Source: Macrostomum lignano (lineage: Eukaryota). From it: a stretch of DNA of 64,000 nucleotides. The translations under genes were made by a program, and so were the position numbers. The stretch's first letter is position 1, and each line of letters opens with the position of its first letter. Under the pieces are notes generated by a model. The model had not been told where the DNA came from and searched no databases. It saw only the letters and a program-made list of their open reading frames with translations. Of the stretch, positions 43,831 to 56,900 are shown piece by piece. The stretch lies in assembly GCA_002269645.1 (NCBI GenBank), contig NIVC01002131.1:63836-127835 (forward strand). The letters are read 5' to 3'.

Positions 43831-44575
43831 TCAACCGCACGATTCGTTTTCAACAGGATCTGGCGCGTCGGCAGCCTCGTCATCTCGGCTGATCTGCACT
43901 AGCGGTGGTGGCAAAGGTCGAGACTGCGACTGCTGCTGTTGCAACGCTCCGGTACGTGGTCGGGAAAAATTCGACGCCTGGCCTACACTGGGACCGTCTG
44001 AGTTCAAAGCGCTGTCAGCTGCAGCAGCTGAAATATCGATGGTTTACGGAAGTATACATAAATATCGTCAATATGATTATTTTCGATTCATATCGGCAAG
44101 CCGTACTTTTTCATATAGTAATGCAGTATATTTTGTAGAATACTTTCGATACATATCGGCAAGCTGTACTTTTTCATTTAATAATGTAGGCTATATTTTA
44201 GTATACTTTCGATACATATCGGCAAGTTGTACTTTGCAATATAACAATGCAAGTACTACCTGCTCGCTGGTTGGTTCTATCTGTTGGACTCTGCAAGCTG
44301 CCTACGCTGGGGCTGGACAGGGAGCTCGACAGGTTGCAGCCGCCGCTGCCTCCGCTGGCCGCCAGGCTCAGCACGCCGGGAAAAGTCGGATTGCCGCCGC
44401 CGCTGCGCCCGGATTCTGAGTCGTCTGAAGGCAGGCAGGTCTCGACCATGGCCTCCAGCAGGTTGACGAAATGCTCAGCATGGCCCTTGTTCTGGTTAGC
44501 CTGACAGTTTTGTAGCGGGTTACGAATAGTGCGGCCCACATAGGACTGAATACTGGATTCAGTGAAACTCGCCTA

Positions 44576-44618
<43 letters not shown>

Positions 44619-44643
44619 GCCTGCCTGCCTGTCTGTCTTAGTT

Positions 44644-44710
<67 letters not shown>

Positions 44711-44713
44711 GCC

Positions 44714-44766
<53 letters not shown>

Positions 44767-44769
44767 TGG

Positions 44770-44832
<63 letters not shown>

Positions 44833-44841
44833 ATGTCTGTC

Positions 44842-44903
<62 letters not shown>

Positions 44904-47900
44904 GGTCTGTCTCTGTCTGTCTGTCTGTAGCCACACCCACAGAAACAAGCCAACTCTGCTCAACCCCTCACCTTAGTAAACTGGCCGGAAAAGCGCCACA
45001 GACCGCCAAATCCGATGCTCTGCAAGTAACTGAGCTGCTGCTGCGACGGCTCCTCAGTGCAGAGCATGTTCTGAATAATACTGTGCACTGCATTTAGTAT
45101 TACATAATCGTGACAATTAGACAGAACATTGTTGATCTTGGCGTCAATCAGTGAATAACTAAAAAATTGAAAAGAAAGAAACGCATTCGAAGATCCTGCA
45201 AACTGAAACAATTCAATCATAGCTCACGACTCACATGACGGGGAACACCTTGGAAAATACGACGCTTGCCTCGGCCAGATATTCGTATAGAATTTGAGAC
45301 TCGTTCTCGTCAGTTGTGTTGCGCACCAGGGTCACCTGCGAGTTTTAGGTATTTTAAGGCGGATTAATGAGGCTTGCAAGATTAGGCTGGCCACGAACAA
45401 CTTTTACCCCTCTGCCTAGGGAGTGTACATTGGCCACAAGCATCTCTTACCCCTCTGTCTAGGGAGTGTACATTGGCCACAAGCACCCTCTGTCTAGGGA
45501 GTGTACATTGGCCACAAGCACCCTCTGTCTAGGGAGTGTACATTGGCCACAAGCATCTCTTACCCCTCTGTCTAGGGAGTGTACATTGGCCACAAGCATC
45601 TCTTACCCCTCTGTCTAGGGAGTGTACATTGGCCACAAGCATCTCTTACCCCTCTGTCTAGGGAGTGTACAATGGCCACAAGCACCCTCTGTCTAGGGAG
45701 TGTACATTGGCCACAAGCATCTCTTACCCCTCTGTCTAGGGAGTGTACAATGGTCACAAGCATCTCTTGTCCCTCTGCCCAGGAAGTGTACACTGAAAGC
45801 CCCAACTAACCAGCACAGCCAGCATCAAAGCCTGGGTTCGCTCGTCTCTGATAACCTCCGCATTTAACAGCACGTTGTCGTCGTGACTGGCAGCAGTTGC
45901 AGACGCCGCTGGCGCACCGGCGCGGTCACCCATTCCCGACACCGCCGACTGGCCATTGTTGTTGCCAACGAAGCCGCTGGCACCAGCAGACGACGTCGAC
46001 GTCGGCGGAGGCGGCGGGGCGGCGGCGGGGGCGGCTGAACGGGGGCTGGCGGCGGCTGCTGAGGCGAATTTCGAGCATCAACGCTGCGCGTCCTTGGCGG
46101 AAGGCCGCCGCAGCCGCTGCCGCTACCGGCACCGAGGCTGCCAGAGGCTCCGCCGGCGCCAACAGTGGCGCGCTGCGATTTCAACACGGCGCGCTGAGTC
46201 TGAATGTCAATCTCAAAGCTTTTCCACAATTTCATATTGGACGCGGTTGCCATGCCGACTGGGAGCACTGGGGATAGGAAATTAGCCTACACAGCCAGGG
46301 GAATGAAGGTGAAGAAGAGTGAGAGTGAGTGAGTGTACGACATTCGGCTATGCATAGCACAGCTATTGTTGCGAAACACAAAATGGCTACTATATATAAA
46401 TAAACACATTGGCTACACGTAAACAGGATTTAAGCGGGGACTATGTATCCACATGTATCTAGTATATCCATTCACAGGTTTACTAATTCTATTAAATTTA
46501 TACCATCTTTTACATTCTGTTTTCCGTCTTGTGTTTCATACAGAAAGTCAGAATAACATGCTTAAGCCACACAGCACTACAGATACTAAAATAACTAGAT
46601 ATGCAACTTTTAACTTAAGGATGAAGAGCATCTACTCTTTTCAGTAGTTTGTTTGCACAGTATCGCTTATAAGTTCAATGTGGCAGACAAAAAGTTCCTT
46701 TCCTTCCTCCGGGTTAACAGCCTCAGGACCACATGGGGTTAAGAATGAACAACAAGCATTGAACCTCAATGTACACAAGTGAAGGCAAGACGGACAAAAC
46801 TCAGCCTAGTGGGCAGGCCCAATCTAGCTCAGCCAATGAGAGACAGTGAGGAGACAGCTAGTGGGCAGGCCTAATCTAGCTCAGCCAATGAGAGAGTAGT
46901 AAGGAGACAGCCTAGTGGGCAGGCCTAATCTAGCTCAGCCAATGAGAGAGCAGTAAGGAGACAGCCTAGTGGGCAGGCCCAATCTAGCTCAGCCAATGAG
47001 AGACAGTAAGGAGACAGCTAGTGGGCAGGCCTAATCTAGCTCAGCCAATGAGAGACAGTAAGGAGACAGCCTAGTGGGCAGGCCCAATCTAGCTCAGCCA
47101 ATGAGAGAGCACTGGATTTGGGTGCAGTGCAGCTTCAAACAGATGCGAATTTTATGGGTCTGCTTGTAGAAAGCAAAAGTATGACTTTTGTCTACGGTTG
47201 TATCCACCACAAAACCCAAGCTCACTATGTTCACGTGATTCAGACTTTCCGCTAAGACACCTGCTTTAAGTAAACAAAAAAAACGGTCTAAATAGAATGC
47301 AATGGTATAAAATATCTATTAAAATTCCTGTTACCTAACACTAGAATTATTACATAAGCTTACAAAGCTCATAGTTCGACTGGTTATCACTAATGAGTGC
47401 AATACACCTATAACAATGGGATGCCAATGGGATAGGACACACAGTTTCGGAGCATACAGCACGTGAGAGACAATATTGTAAACACAAATGACTAAAAGCA
47501 TTATAAGAACGAAAGGGCTGATCACACGTCGAAATATAGAATCGCACAGCAATTTCTAAATAAAAACATAAAACGATAAAATATACTACTTAAACCAATA
47601 TCCACCAGTAGTATTATCTATGCTAGATAATTTTAATTAGCCAAGAAGTGACTCGGAAGCGCGCTGGTTTCACGGTTTCTGCCGCATCCAAAAAACTTTT
47701 GATTTTGCGGCAGAAACTTAAATACTGCAGCCAAGCACTACTTATAGTAACAAGATGCAAAATAGGCATAAAGTGTGGTAAATTAGCAAGACAGACACGT
47801 TTTAAATTTGTGCCTAATTTAAATAACTATCCCAGCTCTTAAGCGAGCGTTTATTTGATTATTTAATTTTTGTTTTTGTTATTCTGACAAAAAACTACTT

Positions 47901-50900
47901 AACAAAAATTAAAAGTTCTTCAAAATAATTATAGATTCTAAAATAATTTTTAAACTACTTCCATCATTACTAGGGTTAAGCTAAAGTAGAGAAATTAAAA
48001 TAGAAGTATTACTCTCTACATCGCTCTTCACTCCTCTCTAGATCGCTCATCCCCTCCTTCTAGATCGCTGATCCCCTCTCTCTAGATCGCTGATCCCCTC
48101 TCTCTAGATCGCTGATCCCCTCTCTCTAGATCGCTGATTCCCTCTCTCTAGATCGCTGATCCCCTCTCTAGATCGCTGATCCCCTCACTCTAGATCACTG
48201 ATCCCCTCTCTCTAGATTGCTGATCCCCTCTCTTTAGATCGCTGATCCCCTCTCTCTAGATCGCTGATCCACTCTCTCAAGATCGCTGATCCCCTCTCTC
48301 TAGATCGCTGATCCCCTCTCTAGATCGCTGATCCACTCTCTCTAGATCGCTGATCCCCTCTCTCTAGATCGCTGATCCCCTCTCTCTAGATCGCTGATCC
48401 CCTCTCTCTAGATCGCTGATCCCCTCTCTAGATCGCTGATCCACTCTCTCTAGATCGCTGATCCCCTCTCTCTAGATCGCTGATCCCCTCTCTCTAGATC
48501 GCTGATCCACTCTCTCTAGATCGCTGATCCCCTCTCTCTAGATCGCTGATCCCCTCTCTCTAGATCGCTGATCCCCTCTCTCTAGATCGCTGATCCCCTC
48601 TCTAGATCGCTGATCCCCTCTCTCTAGATCGCTGATCCACTCTCTCTAGATCGCTGATCCCCTCTCTCTAGATCGCTGATCCACTCTCTCTAGATACTGA
48701 TGAAGTGTCGTTTGAGTCGTGACAGTCACAGGGTACGTGGCCTGGATCTGGCATATACACGAACATATAATTGTGTTAAAAATGTGTTAGGGCTAGAACA
48801 GGTGCTGATAGGGCTGGAACTCGGGCGGCACGGGTTTTCGCTCCAGCACCTTAGCGATGGGATATTCCTCATCAATGTCGGGCTGGTAGGACACTGACGT
48901 GCCCGCAGACGGTCGCCAGGGCAGGTCAAGGGTCCGATTGTACAGCCGGTCGAAGTCGATGCCGCTGAACCAGGCGTAGAACCTGGCGGTGCGGCGGTCC
49001 GGCCGGCAGCCCGGCTCGCACAGCAGGCAGTCTTCGACGAAGTCGCGCGCCTCAGGCGACGGCACCGGCCGCTTCACCGGCGGCGGCGCGGCGGCGGCGG
49101 CCATTTTGGCGGCGGACGTTGACGGAGCCTGTCCGCTGATCGCTTGGGCGTCTGATCGATGGGGGCGGAGAAAGCTAAATGATATCCTATGTAGGGATTA
49201 CAGAGTTGTCCATATAGATATCTTTTAGATATCCATATATAGACCACATGCAGATCCTTTACAGATATCCCATAGATATCGCTTATACGTAGAGATTCAA
49301 TATACCGGTAGAGATCCTATACAGAGATCCCATATAGATATCCCACATAGAGATCCCACATAAAGATCCCATTTAGAGATCCCATATATAGATATCCCAC
49401 AAAAAGATCCCATATAGAGATCCCATATAAATACCCACATAAAGATCCCATATAGATATCCCATAAAGATCCCATATAGAGATGCCATATAGAGATCCCA
49501 CATATAGATCTCATACAGATTCCATATAAAGATGCCATATAGAGATTCTATATAGAGATCCCATACAGATATTAAGTAAAAAAATAGCATAGATATCCCA
49601 AAGAATTCCATAGGCTATCCTCATACAGAAATCCCACATCCCAAAACCGCAGATGTTTCAACTGATGCAGTCTGATCCTCACCCAGCAGCCGCTGAGTGA
49701 GCCGGCGCCGATGCTCCTCAGCGGCCAGCGCCTCGGGCAGCAGGCCCCAGTCCACGCGGCCGTCGGCATCAAAAACGTCCTCCTGTTCGCAGAAGCACTC
49801 CTGCCTGAGCAGTTCGTACAGCACCAGGCCGAGTGCGTAAAAATCTACGGGACAGCCGTAGCCTGCAATTGAATGCATGTACAGTGTGCACACACAGTGC
49901 TTCAAGACCAATAGGAGGCTGCTACACTCTGACTCTCTACTGGAAACACTGTCTTCAGGTGTAAGTCTTATTTCACAATTAGGTCAAAGCTCTTCATAAT
50001 TGAATCTAATTTATGTCCAACGTCTACTGTCTATCGAATTAGGTCTACTCTCGGTCTAATTAGGTTTATTCTGTCTAATTAGCTCTGCTCTCTGTCTAAT
50101 TAGGTCTACTCTTTCTAATTACATGTAGGTCTACTCTTTCTAATTACATGTAGGTCTACTTTGTCTAATTACATGTAGGTCTACTTTGTCTAATTACATG
50201 CAGGTCTACTCTTTCTAATTACATGTAGGTCTACTTTTTCTAATTACATGTAGGTCTACTCTGTCTAATTACATGTAGGTCTACTTTTTCTAATTACATG
50301 TAGGTCTACTCTATCTAATTACATGTAGGTCTACTCTGTCTAATTACATGTAGGTCTACTCTGTCTAATTACATGTAGGTCTACTCTGTCTAATTACATG
50401 TAGGTCTACTCTGTCTAATTACATGTAGGTCTACTCTTTCTAATTACATGTAGGTCTACTCTTTCTAATTACATGTAGGTCTACTCTTTCTAATTACATG
50501 TAGGTCTACTCTTTCTAATTACATGTAGGTCTACTCTTTCTAATTAGGTCTGCTCTTTCTAATTAGGTATGCCCTTTCTAATTAGGGCTGCTCTTTCTAA
50601 TTAGGTCTGCCCTTTCTAATTAGGTCTGCTCTTTCTAATTAGGTTTACACAGTCTAATTAGGTCTGGTTTTTGGCTAATTAGGTCTTCTCTTTCTAATTA
50701 GGTCTACTCTGTCTAACTAGGTTTACTCTGCCTTATTGGATCTACCTTTTCTATTTAGGTCTACTTTGTCGATTCAAGTCTATTTTCTGCATATTTAGGT
50801 CCACTCTTCTGCCCTAAGCTTCAACTAAAAGGCATTTCAAGCGAGTCAGCAGGACCCCAGCCGCGCACCTTTGCCATTAAAGTACTCAGGCGCCGCGTAG

Positions 50901-53900
50901 TACCGAAAACACGTGACATCGCGCAACGGCTGCCCATCCTCCGGCAGCACAGCCGTGATGGCAAAGTCGGTGAGCTTCACGTAGCCCCTGGCGTCGACAA
51001 GCAGATTAGCGGATTGAACGTCGCGATGCACACAGCCAACGCAGTGCAGGTACTCCAGGGCCAGCACCGTCTGGGCAGCGATCGCTCTGATGGCGTCCTC
51101 CTGCGGGACGCAAATGTTGGGGGGGGGGCGTTGAAGCTCCTTCTTGATCAGATTGTCACTAAACATCCCGGCTTAATCCCCATCGGATTAGTGTGATTTA
51201 TTTTAACCTAGATGATTTCATATTAGAGTTTGTTATCATCTTCGGCTTAGGTTAGTCCATAGCGGCTTAGTTTCATCCATATCAGCTTAGCTTAATCCAT
51301 ATCGGCTTAGCTTAATCCATATCAGCTTAGCTTAATCCATATCAGCTTAGCTTAATCCATATCAGCTTAGCTTAATCCATATCAGCTTAGCTTAATCCAT
51401 ATCAGCTTAGCTTAATCCATATCAGCTTAGCTTAATCCATATCAGCTTAGCTTAATCCATATCAGCTTAGCTTAATCCATATCAGCTTAGCTTAATCCAT
51501 ATCGGCTTAGCTTAATCCATATCAGCTTAGCTTAATCCATATCAGCTTAGCTTAATCCATATCGGCTTAGCTTAATCCATATCAGCTTAGCTTAATCCAT
51601 ATCGGCTTAGCTTAATTCATATCAGCTTAGCTTAATCCATATCAGCTTAGCTTAATCCATATCGGCTTAGCTTAATCCATATCAGCTTAGCTTAATCCAT
51701 ATCAGCTTAGCTTAATCCATATCGGCTTAGCTTAATCCATATCGGCTTAGCTTAATCCATATCAGCTTAGCTTAATCCATATCAGCTTAGCTTAATCCAT
51801 ATCGGCTTAGCTTAATCCATATCAGCTTAGCTTAATCCATATCGGCTTAGCTTAATCCATATCAGCTTAGCTTAATCCATATCGGCTTAGCTTAATCCAT
51901 ATCAGCTTAGCTTAATCCATATCGGCTTAGCTTAATCCATATCAGCTTAGCTTAATCCATATCAGCTTAGCTTAATCCATATCGGCTTAGCTTAATCCAT
52001 ATCAGCTTAGCTTAATCCATATCAGCTTAGCTTAATCCATATCAGCTTAGCTTAATCCATATCAGCTTAGCTTAATCCATATCAGCTTAGCTTAATCCAT
52101 ATCAGCTTAGCTTAATCCATATCAGCTTAGCTTAATCCATATCAGCTTAGCTTAATCCATATCAGCTTAGCTTAATCCATATCAGCTTAGCTTAATCCAT
52201 ATCAGCTTAGCTTAATCCATATCAGCTTAGCTTAATCCATATCAGCTTAGCTTAATCCATATCAGCTTAGCTTAATCCATATCAGCCTAGCTTAATCCAT
52301 ATCGGCTTAGCTTAATCCATATCAGCTTAGCTTAATCCATATCGGCTTAGCTTAATCCATATCAGCTTAGCTTAATCCATATCAGCTTAGCTTAATCCAT
52401 ATCGGCTTAGCTTAATCCATATCAGCTTAGCTTAATCCATATCAGCTTAGCTTAATCCATATCAGCTTAGCTTAATCCATATCGGCTTAGCTTAATCCAT
52501 ATCGGGCTGGCTTAATCCATATCGGCTTAGCTTAATCCATATCAGCTTAGCTTAATCCATATCAGCCTAGCTTAATCCATATCGGCTTAGCTTAATCCAT
52601 ATCAGCTTAGCTTAATCCATATCGGGCTGGCTTAATCCATATCGGCTTAGCTTAATCCATATCGACTTAGTTGAATAAACTCACCTTAAAATTGCTAACA
52701 ATCCTATTGTCCTCATTTTTTTCATAATAATCCAACAGAGTTCCGTGCGGAAACTCCTCGAGAAAGACGCCAAAGTTGCAGTAGGCGTCAGTAAAGAAGC
52801 CCAGCCCGCTGCGCACAAACGGATGGTCGAAGGCGAACAGCAGCTGCCGCTCTGTCAGGCAGGCTCGAATCTGGCGCTCAAACTCGCCAGCCTTGAAGCC
52901 CAGAGCGGTGAGGTTAAAGTGCACCCGGCTGCAGGTGACTATCTTGCACCGGTAGAGGGTGCCGGTCTTGCGGCTGCGGAATAGAGGACAAACCGCGTGG
53001 TGGCCTGTGGAAGGTTGATGAGATAGTTCCTCATGGTTATAGCAAATTAAAAAAGAAGTAACCCACAGATAACACAGAAAATTCCAATTAATCCCTGGCT
53101 CAGAGTACCAATTAAATCCTGGCTCAGAGTGCCAATTAAATCATGGCTCAGAGTACCAATTAAATCCTGGCTCAGAGTACCAATTAAATCATGGCTCAGA
53201 GTACCAATTAAATCATGGCTCAGAGTACCAATTAAATCATGGCTCAGAGTACCAATTAAATCATGGCTCAGAGTACCAATTAAATCCTGGCTCAGAGTGC
53301 CAATTAAATCATGGCTCAGAGTGCCAATTAAATCATGGCTCAGAATGCCAATTAAACCCTGGCTCAGAGTGCCAATTAAATCATGGCTCAGAGTACCAAT
53401 TAAATCCTGGCTCAGAGTGCCAATTAAACCCTGGCTCAGAGTACCAATTAAATCCTGGCTCAGAGTGCCAATTAAATCATGGCTCAGAGTACCAATTAAA
53501 TCCTGGCTCAGAGTGCCAAATAAACCCTGGCTCAGAGTGCCAATTAAACCCTGGCTCAGAATGCCAATTAAATCCTGGCTCAGAGTGCCAATTAACCCTG
53601 GCTCAGAATGCCAATTAAATCATGGCTCAGGGTGCCAATTAAATCCTGGCTCAGAGTGCCAAATAAACCCTGGCTCAGAGTGCCAATTAAATCCTGGCTC
53701 AGAATGCCAATTAAATCCTGGCTCAGGGTGCCAATTAAATCCTGGCTCAGAGTGCCAATTAAATCCTGGCTCAGAGTGCCAATTAAATCCTGGCTCAGAG
53801 TGCCAATTAAATCCTGGCTCAGAGTGCCAATTAAATCATGGCTCAGAGTACCAATTAAATCTCGATACAGTTAAAGCCGCTCACCTTTTCGAATAGTGTC

Positions 53901-56900
53901 CTCACGTTCAGCCAGCGCCCATTCGGACCAATTGATGCGGCCGAGCGGGCAGTGCTCAGCGTACTCAGCATAGGGAATCGCCATCCGCTGGCGGAACGCC
54001 CCCGGCCAGACCGAGTCTTCAAGCTGGCGATAGCTGGCCGGCTTGGCGCCCACCAGCTGGGCGGCCGGGACACGCAGATTCGGCTGAGGCCGGCTGGGCT
54101 CTTCGCCATCGTCCTCGTCATGGCAACTGGCTACGGCTGGTTGGCTTTTGATTACTGTACATTCTGCGGGGGTGGATTACAGATGCTCAAACCTGAAGAC
54201 CGCTCTTCACCTCTATCTAGACCGCTCTTCTCCTCTATCTAGACCGCTCTTCTCCTCTATCTAGACCGCTCTTCTCCTCTATCTAGACCGCTCTTCTCCT
54301 CTATCTAGACCGCTCTTCTCCTCTATCTAGATCGCTCTTCCCCTCTCTCTCTCTAGATCACTCTTCCCCTCTCTCTCTAGATCGCTCTTCACCTCTATCT
54401 AGACCGCTCTTCTCCTCTATCTAGACCGCTCTTCTCCTCTATCTAGACCGCTCTTCTCCTCTCTCTCTCTAGATCGCTCTTCCCCTCTCTCTCTCTAGAT
54501 CACTCTTCCCCTCTCTCTCTAGATCGCTCTTCACCTCTATCTAGACCGCTCTTTACCTCTATCTAGACCGCTCTTCACCTCTATCTAGATCGCAATAAAA
54601 GCAGCAAATTACCATTCTCTACGCCCGAGTCTCCGTGGCAGTTGGCAGCAGTAGCAGAAGCAGTCGACAATTTTGACGTCTCATCCAGAAGGCTATCCTG
54701 GTTGTCGCTGGCGCTCAATCCGCTCATTTTATCACTTAAAGTTCTTTGATCAGTTTATTGTATTTGCTAAGCAGAGTAGAAGCACAGATTCTATATACTC
54801 CTAGATGGACCACTCCAGCAGCCTGGCCGCAGAGCGAAAACCCAGGGGTTCAGACCATAGACTATAGCTTCTGCTGTGCTGCTCTCAAGCCTTAGCACTC
54901 GGAGGAAACCACTTGAAAAGCATTCGAATCTGACTGACATGGTCGCAGCCAATGTCTGTGGCCCTAACCTCGGGGTTTTTCGGGGCCTCAGAGACGGCCG
55001 CTAAATATGTATGACTGCAAATAAGCTATCCAGGCTATAAATAGTTGTTAGCTGCGCTTCAGCGAGGCTTGCGAGTCACCATGGCAACTACAGTGTATGA
55101 TAAACATGAGCACATACAAGCGGGCAAATACAGTACTCAGGCACGCACTTGTACACACGCTCACACAGGGTGTACAGCAGCCCTTTGACTTTCCAATCGT
55201 CAGACATGTACACTTTCTGTGCCTTGGGGCTTGGCTCTGATGGCTGTGCATCGCACGACAACTCCCCCCGGCCAATTTTTGAGCACAAAAGCCCCAAATG
55301 AATGCGGTCGCGAGGGGAACCGAACCAGGAACCAGGGGGGGGGGGGGGAGTCAGATGCGTTCACCGCTGCAGAGCCGCTCTTACCCTCACCATGACAACT
55401 AATTAACAAAACAAATTTCAACAAACTTGAAACAATAATTGCTACTCATAAATAGTTAGAAAAAATGAGCAAACAGAACCGATTAAGAGTCCAAGTGAAA
55501 AGTGCAGCTGGGTTACTATGCAGGGAACATGGAACGGAAAGCACAAACTAACACAAGTGCGCGAACAATTAAAAGGTAAAATCGGTGATTCAATTAGTTA
55601 AAATAAACACAAATTGCAATGTAGGAAAATGGGAACAAAAAACACAAAGCTAAAGCAGACAACAAAATGTAATTTAAAAAACACACACACACAAGTACAC
55701 ACAGATACCAACAGATAGTGGAGGCTTTGATGTTTTGACCAATTTAATGCTTGCTTCGAATTAACAAGGCTGTTCGGACAAGTTGGTCATGAAAAATCTA
55801 CTACAGAATGAAATTCAGGCAATTATTTTTTAATCGCCAATCGAGTAATTGCGGGGACTTCCGCATGGCAACCGGTCGCAGCTCGCGCAATAACAGAGAA
55901 AATTAAACAGGTAAAATTAGTTGACAAAAAGGTGTAAAAAATAAGTTAAACTAGTCCATCCTTATTTCATTCGATTTCAGTTTTATTTCAATATCTAATC
56001 TACAAGCCTTCTAATTTGATTTGATAGGTAGACAGAGGGATGAGATGGGTTGGGTAGGGAGCGGACAGGTGGGTAGACTACAGACATAAGTGGGTAGATT
56101 GTGTAGATATGGGTAGGTAGCGGAGGTTGGTAGATAAATGGCGGACAGAGGTGGTTAGATAGTGGGCAGAGGTGGGCGGGCAAAGGTGGGTAGATAGCGG
56201 AGAGGTGGGTAGATAGCGAACAAAGGTGGGTAGATAGCGAACAGAGGCGGATAGATAGCGAACAGAGGCGGATAGATAGCGGACAGAGGCGGGTAGGTAG
56301 CGGGCCGAGGCGGGTAGATAGCGGAGAGGTGGGTAGATAGCGGACAGAGGCGGATAGATAGCAAACAGAGGCGGATAGATAGCGGACAGAGGCGGATAGA
56401 TAGCGAACAGAGGCGGATAGATAGCGGACAGAGGCGGATAGATAGCGAACAGAGGCGGATAGATAGCGAACAGAGGCGGATAGATAGCGAACAGAGGCGG
56501 ATAGATAGCGGACAGAGGCGGATAGATAGCGAACAGAGGCGGATAGATAGCGGACAGAGGCGGATAGATAGCGAACAGAGGCGGATAGATAGCGGATAGA
56601 GGTGTGTAGATAGCGGATAGAGGCGGGTAAATAGCGGACAGAGGTGGGTAGATAGCGGGCAGAGGTGGGTAGGTAGCGAACAGAGGCGGGTAGGTAGCGG
56701 ACGGAGGTGGGTAGATAGCGAACAGAGGCGGATAGATAGCGAACAGAGGCGGATAGATAGCGGACAGAGGCGGATAGATAGCGAACAGAGGCGGATAGAT
56801 AGCGAACAGAGGCGGATAGATAGCGAACAGAGGCGGATAGATAGCGGACAGAGGCGGGTAGGTAGCGGGCCGAGGCGGGTAGATAGCGGAGAGGTGGGTA

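Noticed and set aside
51101-51166. ORF-track start [22 protein letters not shown] as part of the kinase
   Set aside because: Intronic; the phase-0 acceptor at 51100 gives the PKA-like alignment NFK|[10 protein letters not shown].
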